In this document: positions 19,282 to 29,579 of the stretch, one piece after another
Layout: each line of letters begins with the position of its first letter
Numbering within the stretch: position 1 is the stretch's first letter
DNA from: Planctomycetia bacterium
Lineage (GTDB): Bacteria; Planctomycetota; Phycisphaerae; Phycisphaerales; SM1A02
DNA: 58,654 bases
Direction of reading: 5' to 3'
NCBI GenBank assembly: GCA_005799205.1
Contig: SYHM01000181.1
Span: 1 to 58,654 of the forward strand
Position numbers and translations under genes: made by a program
The notes under the pieces: model-generated
Seen by the model: the letters and a program-made list of their open reading frames with translations, nothing else
What the model was told of the DNA's origin: nothing
The model's database searches: none

Positions 19282-20983
19282 AGCCCGCAGCAGTTCGTGG
19301 TGGGGTTCGAAATGCCTCGTCCACGCTGGAAGCGAATGTCGCCCCTTCGGCTTCCCACGGAAAACGCGCCGCCTTCACGAACGCGAGGACGCGAGGATTC
19401 GCCGCCGCGAGTACCACTGGGATTCCTGCTCGCCAGAGTCGATCCACCGCGCTCTCGAGATTCACAATGCCGGTCGCGTCAATCATCGGCACTCCCGAAA
19501 GGTCGATGACCGCATACCGAGCCGTCCCTGATGTGCGAACTTCTTGCATCGCACGTTCGGCTGCACCGAAGAAGAGAGGACCCCGTACTCGGTAATAGAG
19601 GACTCCATGAGGCACTCGAACGGTGGTCGCTCCATCGGCCTCCCCGAGATCGACTCCTGAAAGTTCGGCCATGCGCCTCATGAAGATCAAGGCAGCCAAG
19701 ACGACGCCAACTGAGACGGCGATGACCATATCCATCGAAACGGTCAGCACAAAACACACGATGAGCACGAGAGCGTCACCACGCGGGGCGTTGCGAACAA
19801 CGAACACGCAGTGGCGAAGATCAGCCATGTTCATGGCAACGATAAACAGCAGCGCCGCAAGGCTCGCCATCGGTAACCATCCAAGCACCGGCGCCAGCAG
19901 CAGCGTTGCGCACAAGATGAAGATCGCGTGCACCATTGAAGAGACTGGGCTGATTGCCCCAGCACGAATGTTCGCTGCAGTGCGCGCAAGGGCGCCGGTG
20001 GCAGCAAACCCGCCGAAGAATGGCGCGATGATGTTGCCGATCCCCTGCCCGACGAGTTCGCCGTCTGGATGATGTCTGTGGTTGGTCTTGGCGTCAGCGA
20101 TCACAGCACTGAGCAGACTCTCGATTGCGCCCAGCAGTGCGATAGCGATTGCGGCCTTCACGATCGACCCAAGGTGCTCGCTTGCGAGCGCCTCGTTCCA
20201 CGGCAACGCGAACCGAGGAAGCGTGGTCGGAATCCCTCCGCGAGCGATGCCGTCGACGACACTTCCGAATCGAGAATCAATCGTCGAGGCCTGCCACGAG
20301 TCTCCACATGGTGCAAGAGCCATCGCGAGCATGATCGAACAGGGAAGCACCACGATCGCTCCAGGAACTCGCTTGCCCAGTGCGCTGCGGCCCCACAGAA
20401 GCAATGCGACAAACGTGAACACCCCGATGGCGGCGTCACCCGCATGCCAAGTCGACCACTGCGCAATCAAGAGTTCGGCGCGGTCGAGGTTCGACTCAGG
20501 CTGATGTGTGAATGTGATGCCAACGAAGTCCTTCACTTGAATGAGCGCGATCGTGAGAGCGATTCCCAGTGTGAAGCCAGCTGTCACCGGATAGGGAATG
20601 AACTCGACCAGCCGTCCCATCCGAAAGCACCCCATGCCGAGCAGAAACACTCCAGCGAGGAGCGACGCCAGCAGAAGTCCAGTCGGTCCATGCTGACTCA
20701 CGATCGGCGCGAGAATGACCACAAATGCGGCCGTTGGACCTGACACTTGCACACGCGATCCACCGACGAGCGCTGAGAAGAACCCCGCGATCATCGCCGT
20801 ATACAAGCCCGTCTCTGGGGGCATTCCACATGCAATTGCAAGCGCCATCGAGAGTGGAATCGCGATGATTCCGACCACGAGGCCCGACAGCGCATCGCGA
20901 ACAAAGTCGCGCTTCGCGTATCCATCTGCAAGCGCTTCGCGCAATGCGCATGCGATCAATGGCTGCTTCGTTCGCTTTGTCAT
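19268..20983 (-). CDS. SulP family anion (sulfate/bicarbonate) permease with C-terminal STAS domain
   Basis: DALSGLVVGIIAIPLSMALA, polytopic core, C-terminal STAS (YAVIDLSGVPMIDATG). ATG 20983 (MTKRTKQ) preferred over the 21136 extension. 3' end overlaps the MarC gene by 14 nt. Confidence 0.85.
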   Translation of the reverse strand: MTKRTKQPLIACALREALADGYAKRDFVRDALSGLVVGIIAIPLSMALAIACGMPPETGLYTAMIAGFFSALVGGSRVQVSGPTAAFVVILAPIVSQHGPTGLLLASLLAGVFLLGMGCFRMGRLVEFIPYPVTAGFTLGIALTIALIQVKDFVGITFTHQPESNLDRAELLIAQWSTWHAGDAAIGVFTFVALLLWGRSALGKRVPGAIVVLPCSIMLAMALAPCGDSWQASTIDSRFGSVVDGIARGGIPTTLPRFALPWNEALASEHLGSIVKAAIAIALLGAIESLLSAVIADAKTNHRHHPDGELVGQGIGNIIAPFFGGFAATGALARTAANIRAGAISPVSSMVHAIFILCATLLLAPVLGWLPMASLAALLFIVAMNMADLRHCVFVVRNAPRGDALVLIVCFVLTVSMDMVIAVSVGVVLAALIFMRRMAELSGVDLGEADGATTVRVPHGVLYYRVRGPLFFGAAERAMQEVRTSGTARYAVIDLSGVPMIDATGIVNLESAVDRLWRAGIPVVLAAANPRVLAFVKAARFPWEAEGATFASSVDEAFRTPPRTAAGFSPQ

Positions 20984-21050
20984 CGCTTGCCAAAGGTACT
21001 CGCTCACGATGCGCACTTGAGCAGTTGCGACACGGGATACCCTGCACCCG

Positions 21051-22493
21051 ATGAATCGACGTGACTTCTTGCAGTACACAGGCTTCACTCTCGCAGCAAG
21101 CGTTGGCTTGTACGGGTGCGCTGTGGGCAGTTCCATCGAGGGCGCTCGACGCGGCCGGCATGCGCGACAGGCACGAAGGGTCGATCAGCCACTGCGGATT
21201 GCGTGCATCGGCGTTGGTGGCCGAGGGCTCGACAGCATGAACGAACTGATTGCCGAGTGCGCCGCTGGTTCACAACCGGCCTTCATTGTGATCGCGGCGC
21301 TCTGTGATGTTGACGAACGGTCGCTCGTGGGCGCTGAGAGCGTCGCTCCGCAGGCGAGGCTGTATCGGGACTTTCGAAAACTTTTCGAAGATGTCGACGA
21401 TGGAGTCCTCGAGGTCGATGCGGTCATGGTGAGCACTCCCGATCACACACATGCGTGCGCGACGTCTTTCGCGCTCGCCTGCCGCCTTCCGGTTTACTGT
21501 GAGAAGCCACTGACCCATACCGCTTCGCAAGCGCGGGCGATCGCGAGACTTGCTCAAGAGGTTGGAGTGCCGACACAGATGGGAAATCAGATTCATGCGG
21601 GAGACAATTACCGCGCCGTTGTTGAGCTCATAAGGTCGGGAGCGATCGGCGAGGTAACTGCAGCTGATGGATGGGATGCACGCAGTTGGTGCTGCGGAGC
21701 GCTCACCCCTGATGCGCGCGTTCCCGATCACCTCAATTGGGATCTCTGGCAGGGACCAGCGGCGGCGAGCGCGTACATCGATGGGATTTCGCCTGGCAAC
21801 TGGCGGCGCTACTGGAACTACGGCAATGGAACACTTGGCGACATGGCCTGCCACATTCTTGATCTTCCCTTCTGGGCCCTCGGGCTCGCAGAACGCGACA
21901 ACCTCTCTGCCGAAGTGCGCGCGACTGGGCCATCCCCTGACTTGATCGGATGTCCAACATCGCTCGAAGTCTCGTGGGCCATCCACTCTGCACACGATCT
22001 CCCTCGGAGTGATCCACTGAACTTTCGCTGGTTTGACGGTGGATCGATCTCGCCGACGGTGCAGGAACTCGCCGGCAAGGATCGCCACGACTATGCGGGC
22101 CGATTCAACATGCTGTTTCAGGGGACGAAGGGATTCCTCTTCTCGAACTACAACGAACACCTTGTACTTCCACATGCGCTCGCCGCAGAAGTTCGTCCAC
22201 CCGCGCCAACACTTCCTCGCCTTCGGGGACACCACCGCGAGTGGATCGACGCGGTGCGCGCATGGGTGAGCGGGCGGCCAGATGCGGCGGCGATGACAAG
22301 TTCGAACTTTGCGTACGCCGCTCGGCTGACCGAACTTGTGCTGATCGGAACCGCGGCGTTCCGAGCGCAGTCTCCAATCTCTTACGACTTTGGGGAGGGT
22401 GCATTCACTGGTCCGGCCGCTGAGCGCGCGACCCGATTGTTGAACGAGCCAGCGCGGGATGGCTGGCAGATGCGTACACGCGCGAAGGGCTGA
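21051..22493 (+). CDS. Gfo/Idh/MocA family oxidoreductase with twin-arginine signal
   Basis: MNRRDFLQYTGFTLAAS TAT motif. Rossmann IACIGVGGRG. VSTPDHTH and EKP motifs. Confidence 0.82.
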   Translation: MNRRDFLQYTGFTLAASVGLYGCAVGSSIEGARRGRHARQARRVDQPLRIACIGVGGRGLDSMNELIAECAAGSQPAFIVIAALCDVDERSLVGAESVAPQARLYRDFRKLFEDVDDGVLEVDAVMVSTPDHTHACATSFALACRLPVYCEKPLTHTASQARAIARLAQEVGVPTQMGNQIHAGDNYRAVVELIRSGAIGEVTAADGWDARSWCCGALTPDARVPDHLNWDLWQGPAAASAYIDGISPGNWRRYWNYGNGTLGDMACHILDLPFWALGLAERDNLSAEVRATGPSPDLIGCPTSLEVSWAIHSAHDLPRSDPLNFRWFDGGSISPTVQELAGKDRHDYAGRFNMLFQGTKGFLFSNYNEHLVLPHALAAEVRPPAPTLPRLRGHHREWIDAVRAWVSGRPDAAAMTSSNFAYAARLTELVLIGTAAFRAQSPISYDFGEGAFTGPAAERATRLLNEPARDGWQMRTRAKG

Positions 22494-22515
22494 GCCCCCC
22501 CGCTAGTATTGAGTC

Positions 22516-23097
22516 ATGTCACGAACACGACCGCTCGTCGGCGTCATCATGGGATCGCGCAGCGACTGGGCGACGATGTGCCACGCGTGCGAAACGCTGG
22601 ATGCCCTGCGGATTCCGTATGAGCAGCGCGTCGTCAGCGCACACCGCACACCGACCCAACTGTTCGCCTACGCCGATCGCGCGGCAGCACGTGGGATCGC
22701 AGTCATCATCGCTGGCGCTGGAGGCGCGGCACACCTTCCTGGGATGACAGCCAGTCGCACCTGCCTTCCAGTGCTTGGTGTTCCCGTCGAGAGCAAGTCG
22801 CTGCAAGGGCTTGATTCGCTCCTGTCTATCGTGCAGATGCCCGCAGGGATTCCAGTTGGAACGCTTGCGATCGGGCGAGCCGGAGCGATCAATGCCGCGC
22901 TCCTCGCTGCAAGCATTCTCGCTGGACAACACACCGAGATCATGCGCGCGCTCGCAGCGTGGCGATCACGGCAGACGCTTGCGGTGTTGGAGAATGCAGA
23001 TCCAACAGCTCCTGAGCGTGAGCGAGCAGCAACACCGCCACGACGCGCCGCGCGATCACCACGCACGATCGCTCGATCTCGAAAGTCACGCGCGTGA
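22516..23097 (+). CDS. purE: N5-carboxyaminoimidazole ribonucleotide mutase
   Basis: [40 protein letters not shown]. Has a ~35-aa basic C-terminal tail. Confidence 0.9.
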   Translation: MSRTRPLVGVIMGSRSDWATMCHACETLDALRIPYEQRVVSAHRTPTQLFAYADRAAARGIAVIIAGAGGAAHLPGMTASRTCLPVLGVPVESKSLQGLDSLLSIVQMPAGIPVGTLAIGRAGAINAALLAASILAGQHTEIMRALAAWRSRQTLAVLENADPTAPERERAATPPRRAARSPRTIARSRKSRA

Positions 23098-24221
23098 AAG
23101 TCGGCGTTGTCGGAGGCGGGCAGCTTGGCCGCATGTTGGGACTGGCGGGTCTTCCGCTTGGCTTTCAATTCAGATTCCTCGAACCATCGAACGATGCGCC
23201 TTCGGCGCATCTCGGCGAGATCATTCGTGCCGCCTATGACGATTCCGATGGACTTGAGCGCTTTGCTCGCGACCTCTCATGCGCAACGTATGAGTTTGAA
23301 AACATTCCAGCAGCAACCGCGCAGTGGCTCGACGAGCGCCTGACGCTCGCTCCCACTGCGCGGGCGCTCGCGATCGCACAGGATCGCGTCGTCGAGAAGG
23401 CGACCTTTCGCGAGCTTGGAATTCCGGTGCAAGCGACTGCGTCAATTGCGTCTGAACTGGACATCCCCCTTGCGCTCGAACGAGTTGCGCTCCCTGCGGT
23501 GCTCAAGACGCGGCGACTCGGATACGACGGGAAGGGGCAGCGCACGCTGCTCGCCGATTCCGGTGATTCCATCGCATGCGTACGCAACGCGTGGAACGAA
23601 CTCGGGCGTGTCCCGTGCTTGCTCGAGTCGTTCGTGACCTTCTCTGCCGAAGTCTCACAAATCGCAGTACGAGGCCGAACTCGATCGCACTCGAGGGCCA
23701 TCGCCTTCTATCCACTCACACAGAACGAACATCGCGGTGGAATCCTATGGAAGAGCCAAACACCGGCTCCGTGCGATCCCACTGGCGAACTCGCACAGTC
23801 CGCGCAGGAGTATGTCACTCGGCTTATGGAATCGATCGACTACATCGGCGTGATCGCAGTTGAATTCTTCGTCACGCCGAGCGGGCTTGTTGCGAACGAA
23901 CTCGCTCCTCGAGTTCACAATTCGGGCCACTGGACCATTGATGGCGCTGTGACAAGCCAGTTTGAGAATCACCTGCGCGCGGTCGCAGGACTTCCTCTGG
24001 GATCGACCGATCCGCGCGGCGCGAGTGTGATGATCAATCTTGTGGGCCGTGTGCCGATTGCCGCGCGTGTGTTCGACGTCGCCCACACCCACCTGCATCT
24101 CTATGGCAAGGGATCGCGTGCGGGGCGCAAGCTCGGTCATGTCACGCTGACTGCGCCAACGGCCCTGGACCTTGCTGAGCCTGTCGCGGCCGTCGAGCAG
24201 CTTGCCGCGTGGCAGACATAG
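23094..24221 (+). CDS. purK: N5-carboxyaminoimidazole ribonucleotide synthase (ATP-grasp)
   Basis: [50 protein letters not shown] start overlaps the purE stop (GTGA). Confidence 0.9.
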   Translation: MKVGVVGGGQLGRMLGLAGLPLGFQFRFLEPSNDAPSAHLGEIIRAAYDDSDGLERFARDLSCATYEFENIPAATAQWLDERLTLAPTARALAIAQDRVVEKATFRELGIPVQATASIASELDIPLALERVALPAVLKTRRLGYDGKGQRTLLADSGDSIACVRNAWNELGRVPCLLESFVTFSAEVSQIAVRGRTRSHSRAIAFYPLTQNEHRGGILWKSQTPAPCDPTGELAQSAQEYVTRLMESIDYIGVIAVEFFVTPSGLVANELAPRVHNSGHWTIDGAVTSQFENHLRAVAGLPLGSTDPRGASVMINLVGRVPIAARVFDVAHTHLHLYGKGSRAGRKLGHVTLTAPTALDLAEPVAAVEQLAAWQT

Positions 24222-24972
24222 CCGCGCGCGCCTCGCTCGCGCTCGCGCACCGTGACTGGGCAATCGCAAGTGCCTTGTCTGAAATGTCAATCCCAATCGC
24301 GCGGCGTCCAGAACTCACTGCTGCGACGAGTGTCGTGCCGCTTCCACACGTGGGGTCAAGCACGACGCCTTCAGGAACGCAGCAGGCGCCCACAAGCATC
24401 GAGAGCAGCGCGAGTGGTTTCTGGGTCGGCCACCCAGTCCGTTCAATCGCCATATTGTTGAGCGACGCGATGTCGAGCACATCAGTTGCCTTCTTCGTGC
24501 GTCCCCGCAAACGCGCGCTTCGCGCGGGCACTCTCGGCGGTTCAAACCAGTAGCTGTCTGTCTTCCCATAGAAGAAAATGTCATCGTGCTTGCGCGCGAA
24601 CGAACGGGGTCCAGAGCCTCCAAGTCCATACGACCAGACGAGATGATTGACGAAGTTTTCGCCTCCGAACACTTCGTCAAGCATCATGCGCACATGGTGA
24701 CTCGTGCGCCAGTCGACATGAACGAGAATCGATCCAGTGTCCCGAAGCAGCCGTCGTGCCTCAAGGAGTCGCGGCGCAAGAAACGCACGGTAGTGATCAA
24801 TGTCGTCGAAACGATCGGCAAAATGCAGTCCAGTGCGACCACGCCGTTCGCTTCCAGAGTTGAACGGCGGATCGAGATAGACCAGATCGACTGACGCGTC
24901 CTGAAACTCGGCCATCACCCGCAGGCAATCGCCCTGCCGCACCATCCACGCACTTCCATCGAGTGGATCCAT
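24142..24972 (-). CDS. Beta-class DNA methyltransferase (N6-adenine/N4-cytosine family; DPPF motif suggests m6A); no cognate nuclease adjacent
   Basis: Motif IV VYLDPPFN precedes motif I VVLDPTCGSGTT (beta-class order). QKP motif WPTQKPLALL. The 3' tail overlaps the purK 3' end by 80 nt. Confidence 0.85.
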   Translation of the reverse strand: MDPLDGSAWMVRQGDCLRVMAEFQDASVDLVYLDPPFNSGSERRGRTGLHFADRFDDIDHYRAFLAPRLLEARRLLRDTGSILVHVDWRTSHHVRMMLDEVFGGENFVNHLVWSYGLGGSGPRSFARKHDDIFFYGKTDSYWFEPPRVPARSARLRGRTKKATDVLDIASLNNMAIERTGWPTQKPLALLSMLVGACCVPEGVVLDPTCGSGTTLVAAVSSGRRAIGIDISDKALAIAQSRCASASEARAAMSATRQAARRPRQAQQGPGPLAQSA

Positions 24973-24989
24973 CCTGTACTCAGGTTGAT

Positions 24990-25967
24990 TCAGGATGCTT
25001 CCGCTCGCGGATGTGCGCGGTCGTATGCCTCGCGCATCCGCGCAGTCGTGAGGTGTGTATACACCTGCGTGCTTGAGAGGGATTGATGGCCCAACAACTC
25101 TTGCACAGCGCGAAGATCCGCGCCGTTGTCCAGCAGGTGCGTCGCGAACGAGTGGCGGATCGTGTGCGGAGAGATGTCTGGATCGAGCCCTGCGATCTTG
25201 AGATACTTCGAGACCTTTCGACGGACCGATCGACTCGACAGTCGCGATCCAAGTTTGTTGACAAAGAGCGGGCAGGTCGGATCCATTGGAACGCGCTCGG
25301 CCTCAGCACGAGTCAGATAGCGCGCGATGGCACCCATCGCGTGCGATCCGATTGGCACTGCGCGCTCGCGACGCCCCTTGCCCTTGACCTTGAGTTGCCC
25401 CCCTTCGATATCGAGATCACCGCGATTGATGGCGACCACTTCGCTGACTCGAATTCCAGATGAGTACAGCGTTTCGAGAATCGCTCGGTCGCGGGCTCCC
25501 AGCAGATCTGCGTCGCTCGGAGCGCCAAGCAATCGTTCGACTTGGTCGACTGAGATTGCCTTCGGTAAACGGCGCGCCTGCTTGGGAGTGCGGATCAGCG
25601 TCATCGGGTTGCTTGCTGTGAGCCCGCGCTTTTCCATCCACTTATGGAAAGAGCGCAGCGTGGCGATCTTTCGCGCCGTCGTGGCCGCCGAGTAGTTCTG
25701 ACCCGCCAGATGGGTCAAGAAGCCGCGGACGACTTCGACATCAGCCGAAAGCAATCGTCCACAGATCGTCGCGGTTGATCCGGACTCTCGCCGGTCGAGC
25801 GCCGCGCATTCGGCAGCCGCATCGATCTCGATCGAGTACTCGGTTGCGATGAAATCTGCAAACTGGCGCAGGTCCAGCCCGTAACAGCGCGATGTGTATG
25901 GACTGAAGTGGCGCTCATCAATCAGATACGAGAGAAATTGTTCAATCAGCGGGATGGCAGCACTCAT
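24990..25967 (-). CDS. Tyrosine site-specific recombinase, XerC/XerD family
   Basis: N-terminal SAM-like IEQFLSYLIDERHFSPYT; catalytic RHSFATHLL and LLGHQSLSSTQVYTHL. Ends 17 nt upstream of the methyltransferase start on the same strand. Confidence 0.88.
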   Translation of the reverse strand: MSAAIPLIEQFLSYLIDERHFSPYTSRCYGLDLRQFADFIATEYSIEIDAAAECAALDRRESGSTATICGRLLSADVEVVRGFLTHLAGQNYSAATTARKIATLRSFHKWMEKRGLTASNPMTLIRTPKQARRLPKAISVDQVERLLGAPSDADLLGARDRAILETLYSSGIRVSEVVAINRGDLDIEGGQLKVKGKGRRERAVPIGSHAMGAIARYLTRAEAERVPMDPTCPLFVNKLGSRLSSRSVRRKVSKYLKIAGLDPDISPHTIRHSFATHLLDNGADLRAVQELLGHQSLSSTQVYTHLTTARMREAYDRAHPRAEAS

Positions 25968-26165
25968 CGGGAGCTCTTTCGTCGTGGTTTCAGGGTTGTC
26001 GATCCTCAATGCCGGTCGTGGTTCTTATCGGCGTTTCTCCCCAGTGGCAATAATGATAGTCCTATAAAGCGGTGTTTTTCTGCATGACTTTCGATCTCGT
26101 ACAGACGTGGTGGCCGAGAACAACCATCGCTACACTCTTGCCCCGTCATTTCCATTCAGTCAGTC
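25968..26165. promoter_or_regulatory. AT-enriched intergenic spacer, likely holding divergent promoters for the recombinase operon and tRNA-Lys
   Basis: Largest non-coding gap in the window. Contains AT-rich stretches (caataatgatagtcctataaagcggtgtttttctg). No specific -35/-10 assigned. Confidence 0.3.
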
Positions 26166-26238
26166 GATTGCGTAGCTCAGCTGGTAGAGCAAGTGGCTTT
26201 TAACCTCTAGGTCCTGGGTTCGATCCCCAGCGCAATCA
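26166..26238 (+). tRNA. tRNA-Lys (anticodon UUU)
   Basis: Folded by hand. Acceptor GATTGCG/CGCAATC, D arm GCTC-AGCTGGTA-GAGC, anticodon loop CTTTTAA, T arm CTGGG-TTCGATC-CCCAG, discriminator A. One U-U mismatch in the anticodon stem. CCA not encoded. Confidence 0.9.
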
Positions 26239-26270
26239 CTCGCCCTCTCTCGCGCGCGATTCTCCTCCGA

Positions 26271-29200
26271 ATGCTCGTTGTTCACGCAAATTGGTCCGAA
26301 GGATGCCTCCATCTCTGGGGCGAATCATTGGCCTCGGCATCGAGCCGCAGCGATGGTGCTGCGCCAGACCATTCATTTGCCGCCACGGCGCGCGAGGTTC
26401 GCAGCGCACTCGAAGTTGTGGTCGGCTCGCTCAATGGCGCGAAAGAGTCGCGCCTCGAGTTACTGCTGCCGCACCGCGCGGAGGGGTCGAACGGGAACTC
26501 CACCCGCCATTCCCCTCTTCCCTCGAGCAGGCTTGCTGGGCTGCTCGGGCAACATTCAAGCGATGACGAGACGCTCACGCTCGAGCCGGCGCGCGTGCAG
26601 GCGGTGACCCTCTCGCCAAAGTCGGCGCTTCAACTGCTGCTGCAATTGCGTGAACTCGAAGGGGTGCAGAACGATCACTTTGTTACAGCTCACGGAATGC
26701 GCTGGTGGCTTGCGCTCGCCCAGTTTGCGCTCGATTGCGTGATCGATCAACGGGTGATCCCAACCGTTCTGCAACGGCGTGATGGCTCGTACAGCGCACA
26801 GTGGCGCCCATGGCTCAATGACCCCGATGCGAACTCACAGCTTGCAGACCTGCTCGCGAGTATGCCTGCTGCGGCACGGTCGATTGATGGCGCCAACGAT
26901 CAGCCATGGCCAATCGTTGACTCGTTTCTCAGTGCTGTGGTTGATGGCGTCATTCGAACAGCGCTCATCAGTGAGGACTTCGAAGAGTCGATTGCCGACT
27001 TTGACACTGCCGTCGATCCTCACGCCGCATGGCTCTCTGGATTGCTCGGCCAGTCCGATCTCATCAAGGTTGCACGCCGTGCGTCGTTCGATGTGTTGCG
27101 TGACTCGCGCGGGTGGCTCGGAGTGCTGGATGAAGCTCGATCGACGACCGGGCTTCGCCTGCATCTTGACCTCCGTGAGCCTGAACTCGACTCGAACGAG
27201 GATGCGTCTGACGCATCGTGGCGAGTTGCCTTTGGACTGGTTGACCCCGAATCACCTGACAACGTGATTGATGCGCAGTCACTCTTCGAGCGTGTGAGCG
27301 GCAAGCGAGGAAGTGCCTCATCGGCGCGCACAGAAGCGCTCTCAGAGATGCTGCTGAAAGAACTTGCACGCGCGAGTCGAATCTGGCCAGAACTTGAAGA
27401 AGCACTTCAAGACGAGACACCGTTCGGACTCGACCTCGACACTCGGCAGGCCTATCAGTTCATGCGCGACCTGAGACCGATCATGCTCGAGGCCGGGTTC
27501 TTCGTCGAGGTGCCCCAGTGGTGGGGGCAGTCAGCGAGTCGCGTCAACATGAACCTGTTGATCGATTCGCCAGAGCATCCGCCAGGGACGGTCGACGGAA
27601 ACGGGGGCGCCGATGTCGGATCGACGGGATCGCCACATGCAGGACTCGGACTCGGCTTGCAGTCGCTTGTGGGGTATCGCTGGCAAGTCGCGCTCGGATC
27701 GCAGATCGTGTCGGTGGAGATGCTCGAAAAGTTGGCTCAGCGAGGCGCGCCGCTCGCGCGCGTCAACGGCCAATGGGTCGACCTGCGACCCGAGGACATC
27801 GACTCAGCGCTCAAGTTCCTGCGAACGCATCCTGGGGGCGACATGACCCTCGTTGAGGCACTTCGGATGGCGCACGGGATCGACGGACCACCCGAGGCGC
27901 TTCCAGTAAGCGGGGTGCAAGCAACTGGATGGGTTCGCCAGTTGCTGTCGGGCAAAGATGCAACTGAGAGTTTTCAGATGACTGGTCCTCCAGAAGCATT
28001 TCAAGGGACGCTCCGCCCTTACCAACTATCAGGACTCAGTTGGCTCGCCTTCCTCGATCGACTCGGGTTGGGAGCCTGCCTCGCTGATGACATGGGCCTC
28101 GGCAAGACCATCCAGCTCATCGCGCTCCTGCAGCATGAGAGGGCGAAGGGGTCGGCGGCAATTGGCGGACCCTCACTACTCGTGACTCCTATGTCAGTGC
28201 TCGGTAACTGGAAGCGCGAACTTGCGCGATTCGCGCCTGAACTCAGCGTCCATATTCACCACGGTGTCGATCGGCCAGCAGGCGAACGCTTTTGCGACAT
28301 CGCGCAGTCACATGATGTTGTCCTGACGACCTATGCCATCGTTGTGCGAGATCAGGAGGCGATGAAAGAAGTGCTGTGGAGGCGCGTCGTGCTCGACGAG
28401 GCGCAGTACATCAAGAATCCTCCTACCAAGCAGACGGCTGCGATTCGATCGCTGAAGACTCGTTCGCGTGTAGCGCTCACGGGAACCCCTGTTGAGAACC
28501 GACTCGCCGAACTCTGGTCAATCATCGAGTTCTGCTGCCCTGGATATCTCGGGACGAACCAAGAGTTTCGTCGCCGCTTTGCAGTCCCGATCGAGCGAAA
28601 TCGCGAGCAGGACGCTGCGCAGCGGTTGCGGTCGCTCGTGCGTCCCTTCATTCTTCGTCGACTGAAGACTGACCCAACCGTGATCAGTGATCTCCCTCCT
28701 CTCGTTGAAAGTCGCCAGCACATCACGCTGACTGATGAGCAGATGACTCTCTACGACAAGGTCGTTGCAGACATGCTCGGCAAAGTTGAGGCAACCGAGG
28801 GCATTCGAAGGCGCGGGCTGGTGCTGAGCGCGCTGGTCAAGCTGAAGCAAGTTTGTAATCATCCTGCGCACTTTCTCGGCGAAGCGTCGGGAGAACTGTC
28901 GAAGCAGAAAACACGTGGAGCCAAGGGCGCCCCACCGCGGGCAACCGACGCGGTCGAGCTCGCGAGCGACGACGAGGGCGATGACCTCGACCTTGCGCCA
29001 CTCTCGGCTGCCGCGCTCACGCCAAGCCGCAGTGGCAAGACTCAGCGGCTGATCGAGATGCTCGAAGAAGTCGTTGCCGCCGGCGACAGTGCGTTGATCT
29101 TCACGCAATACCGACAGATGGGACATCTGCTCGTCGGCATGATCCGCCAAGCGCTTGATATCGAGCCGCTCTTCTTACACGGCGGAACGTCGCAAGCGAA

Positions 29201-29579
29201 GCGCGATGCGCTCGTTGAACGATTCCAAAAGAGCGATGGCACGACGCCAATCTTTGTGCTCAGCCTCAAAGCTGGAGGAGTCGGGCTCAACCTCACCGCC
29301 GCGAATCATGTCTTTCACTTCGATCGATGGTGGAACCCAGCGGTTGAAAACCAAGCGACAGATCGCGCATTTCGCATCGGCCAGACGCGCACGGTCAATG
29401 TGCACAAGTACATCTGCACGGGCAGCCTCGAAGAGCGCATAGACCAAATGATCGAGCAGAAGACTGAGCTCGCGACCAACATCATTGGCGCTGGCGACGC
29501 GTGGCTCACTGAACTCTCGACTGGACAATTGCGAGAATTGCTCACGCTTCGACGCTCAGGACTGGAGGGCGGAGAATGA
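26271..29579 (+). CDS. SNF2-family ATP-dependent helicase/translocase with long (~590 aa) bacterial SNF2-associated N-terminal region (HelZ-like)
   Basis: Motif I LADDMGLGKT, II LDEAQYIKN, III LTGTPVENRL, VI QATDRAFRIGQTRTVNVHK. N-terminal MLVVHANWSEGCLHLWGE resembles bacterial SNF2-associated regions. Confidence 0.9.
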   Translation: MLVVHANWSEGCLHLWGESLASASSRSDGAAPDHSFAATAREVRSALEVVVGSLNGAKESRLELLLPHRAEGSNGNSTRHSPLPSSRLAGLLGQHSSDDETLTLEPARVQAVTLSPKSALQLLLQLRELEGVQNDHFVTAHGMRWWLALAQFALDCVIDQRVIPTVLQRRDGSYSAQWRPWLNDPDANSQLADLLASMPAAARSIDGANDQPWPIVDSFLSAVVDGVIRTALISEDFEESIADFDTAVDPHAAWLSGLLGQSDLIKVARRASFDVLRDSRGWLGVLDEARSTTGLRLHLDLREPELDSNEDASDASWRVAFGLVDPESPDNVIDAQSLFERVSGKRGSASSARTEALSEMLLKELARASRIWPELEEALQDETPFGLDLDTRQAYQFMRDLRPIMLEAGFFVEVPQWWGQSASRVNMNLLIDSPEHPPGTVDGNGGADVGSTGSPHAGLGLGLQSLVGYRWQVALGSQIVSVEMLEKLAQRGAPLARVNGQWVDLRPEDIDSALKFLRTHPGGDMTLVEALRMAHGIDGPPEALPVSGVQATGWVRQLLSGKDATESFQMTGPPEAFQGTLRPYQLSGLSWLAFLDRLGLGACLADDMGLGKTIQLIALLQHERAKGSAAIGGPSLLVTPMSVLGNWKRELARFAPELSVHIHHGVDRPAGERFCDIAQSHDVVLTTYAIVVRDQEAMKEVLWRRVVLDEAQYIKNPPTKQTAAIRSLKTRSRVALTGTPVENRLAELWSIIEFCCPGYLGTNQEFRRRFAVPIERNREQDAAQRLRSLVRPFILRRLKTDPTVISDLPPLVESRQHITLTDEQMTLYDKVVADMLGKVEATEGIRRRGLVLSALVKLKQVCNHPAHFLGEASGELSKQKTRGAKGAPPRATDAVELASDDEGDDLDLAPLSAAALTPSRSGKTQRLIEMLEEVVAAGDSALIFTQYRQMGHLLVGMIRQALDIEPLFLHGGTSQAKRDALVERFQKSDGTTPIFVLSLKAGGVGLNLTAANHVFHFDRWWNPAVENQATDRAFRIGQTRTVNVHKYICTGSLEERIDQMIEQKTELATNIIGAGDAWLTELSTGQLRELLTLRRSGLEGGE

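Noticed and set aside
24142-26238. Recombinase next to a tRNA gene interpreted as an integrase-bounded genomic island or prophage remnant
   Set aside because: The recombinase has XerC/XerD-type N- and C-terminal signatures and lies upstream of, and divergent from, the tRNA 5' end rather than at its 3' end. I saw no direct repeat of the tRNA 3' half in the window. There are no phage or transfer genes, and no obvious composition shift apart from the promoter spacer.
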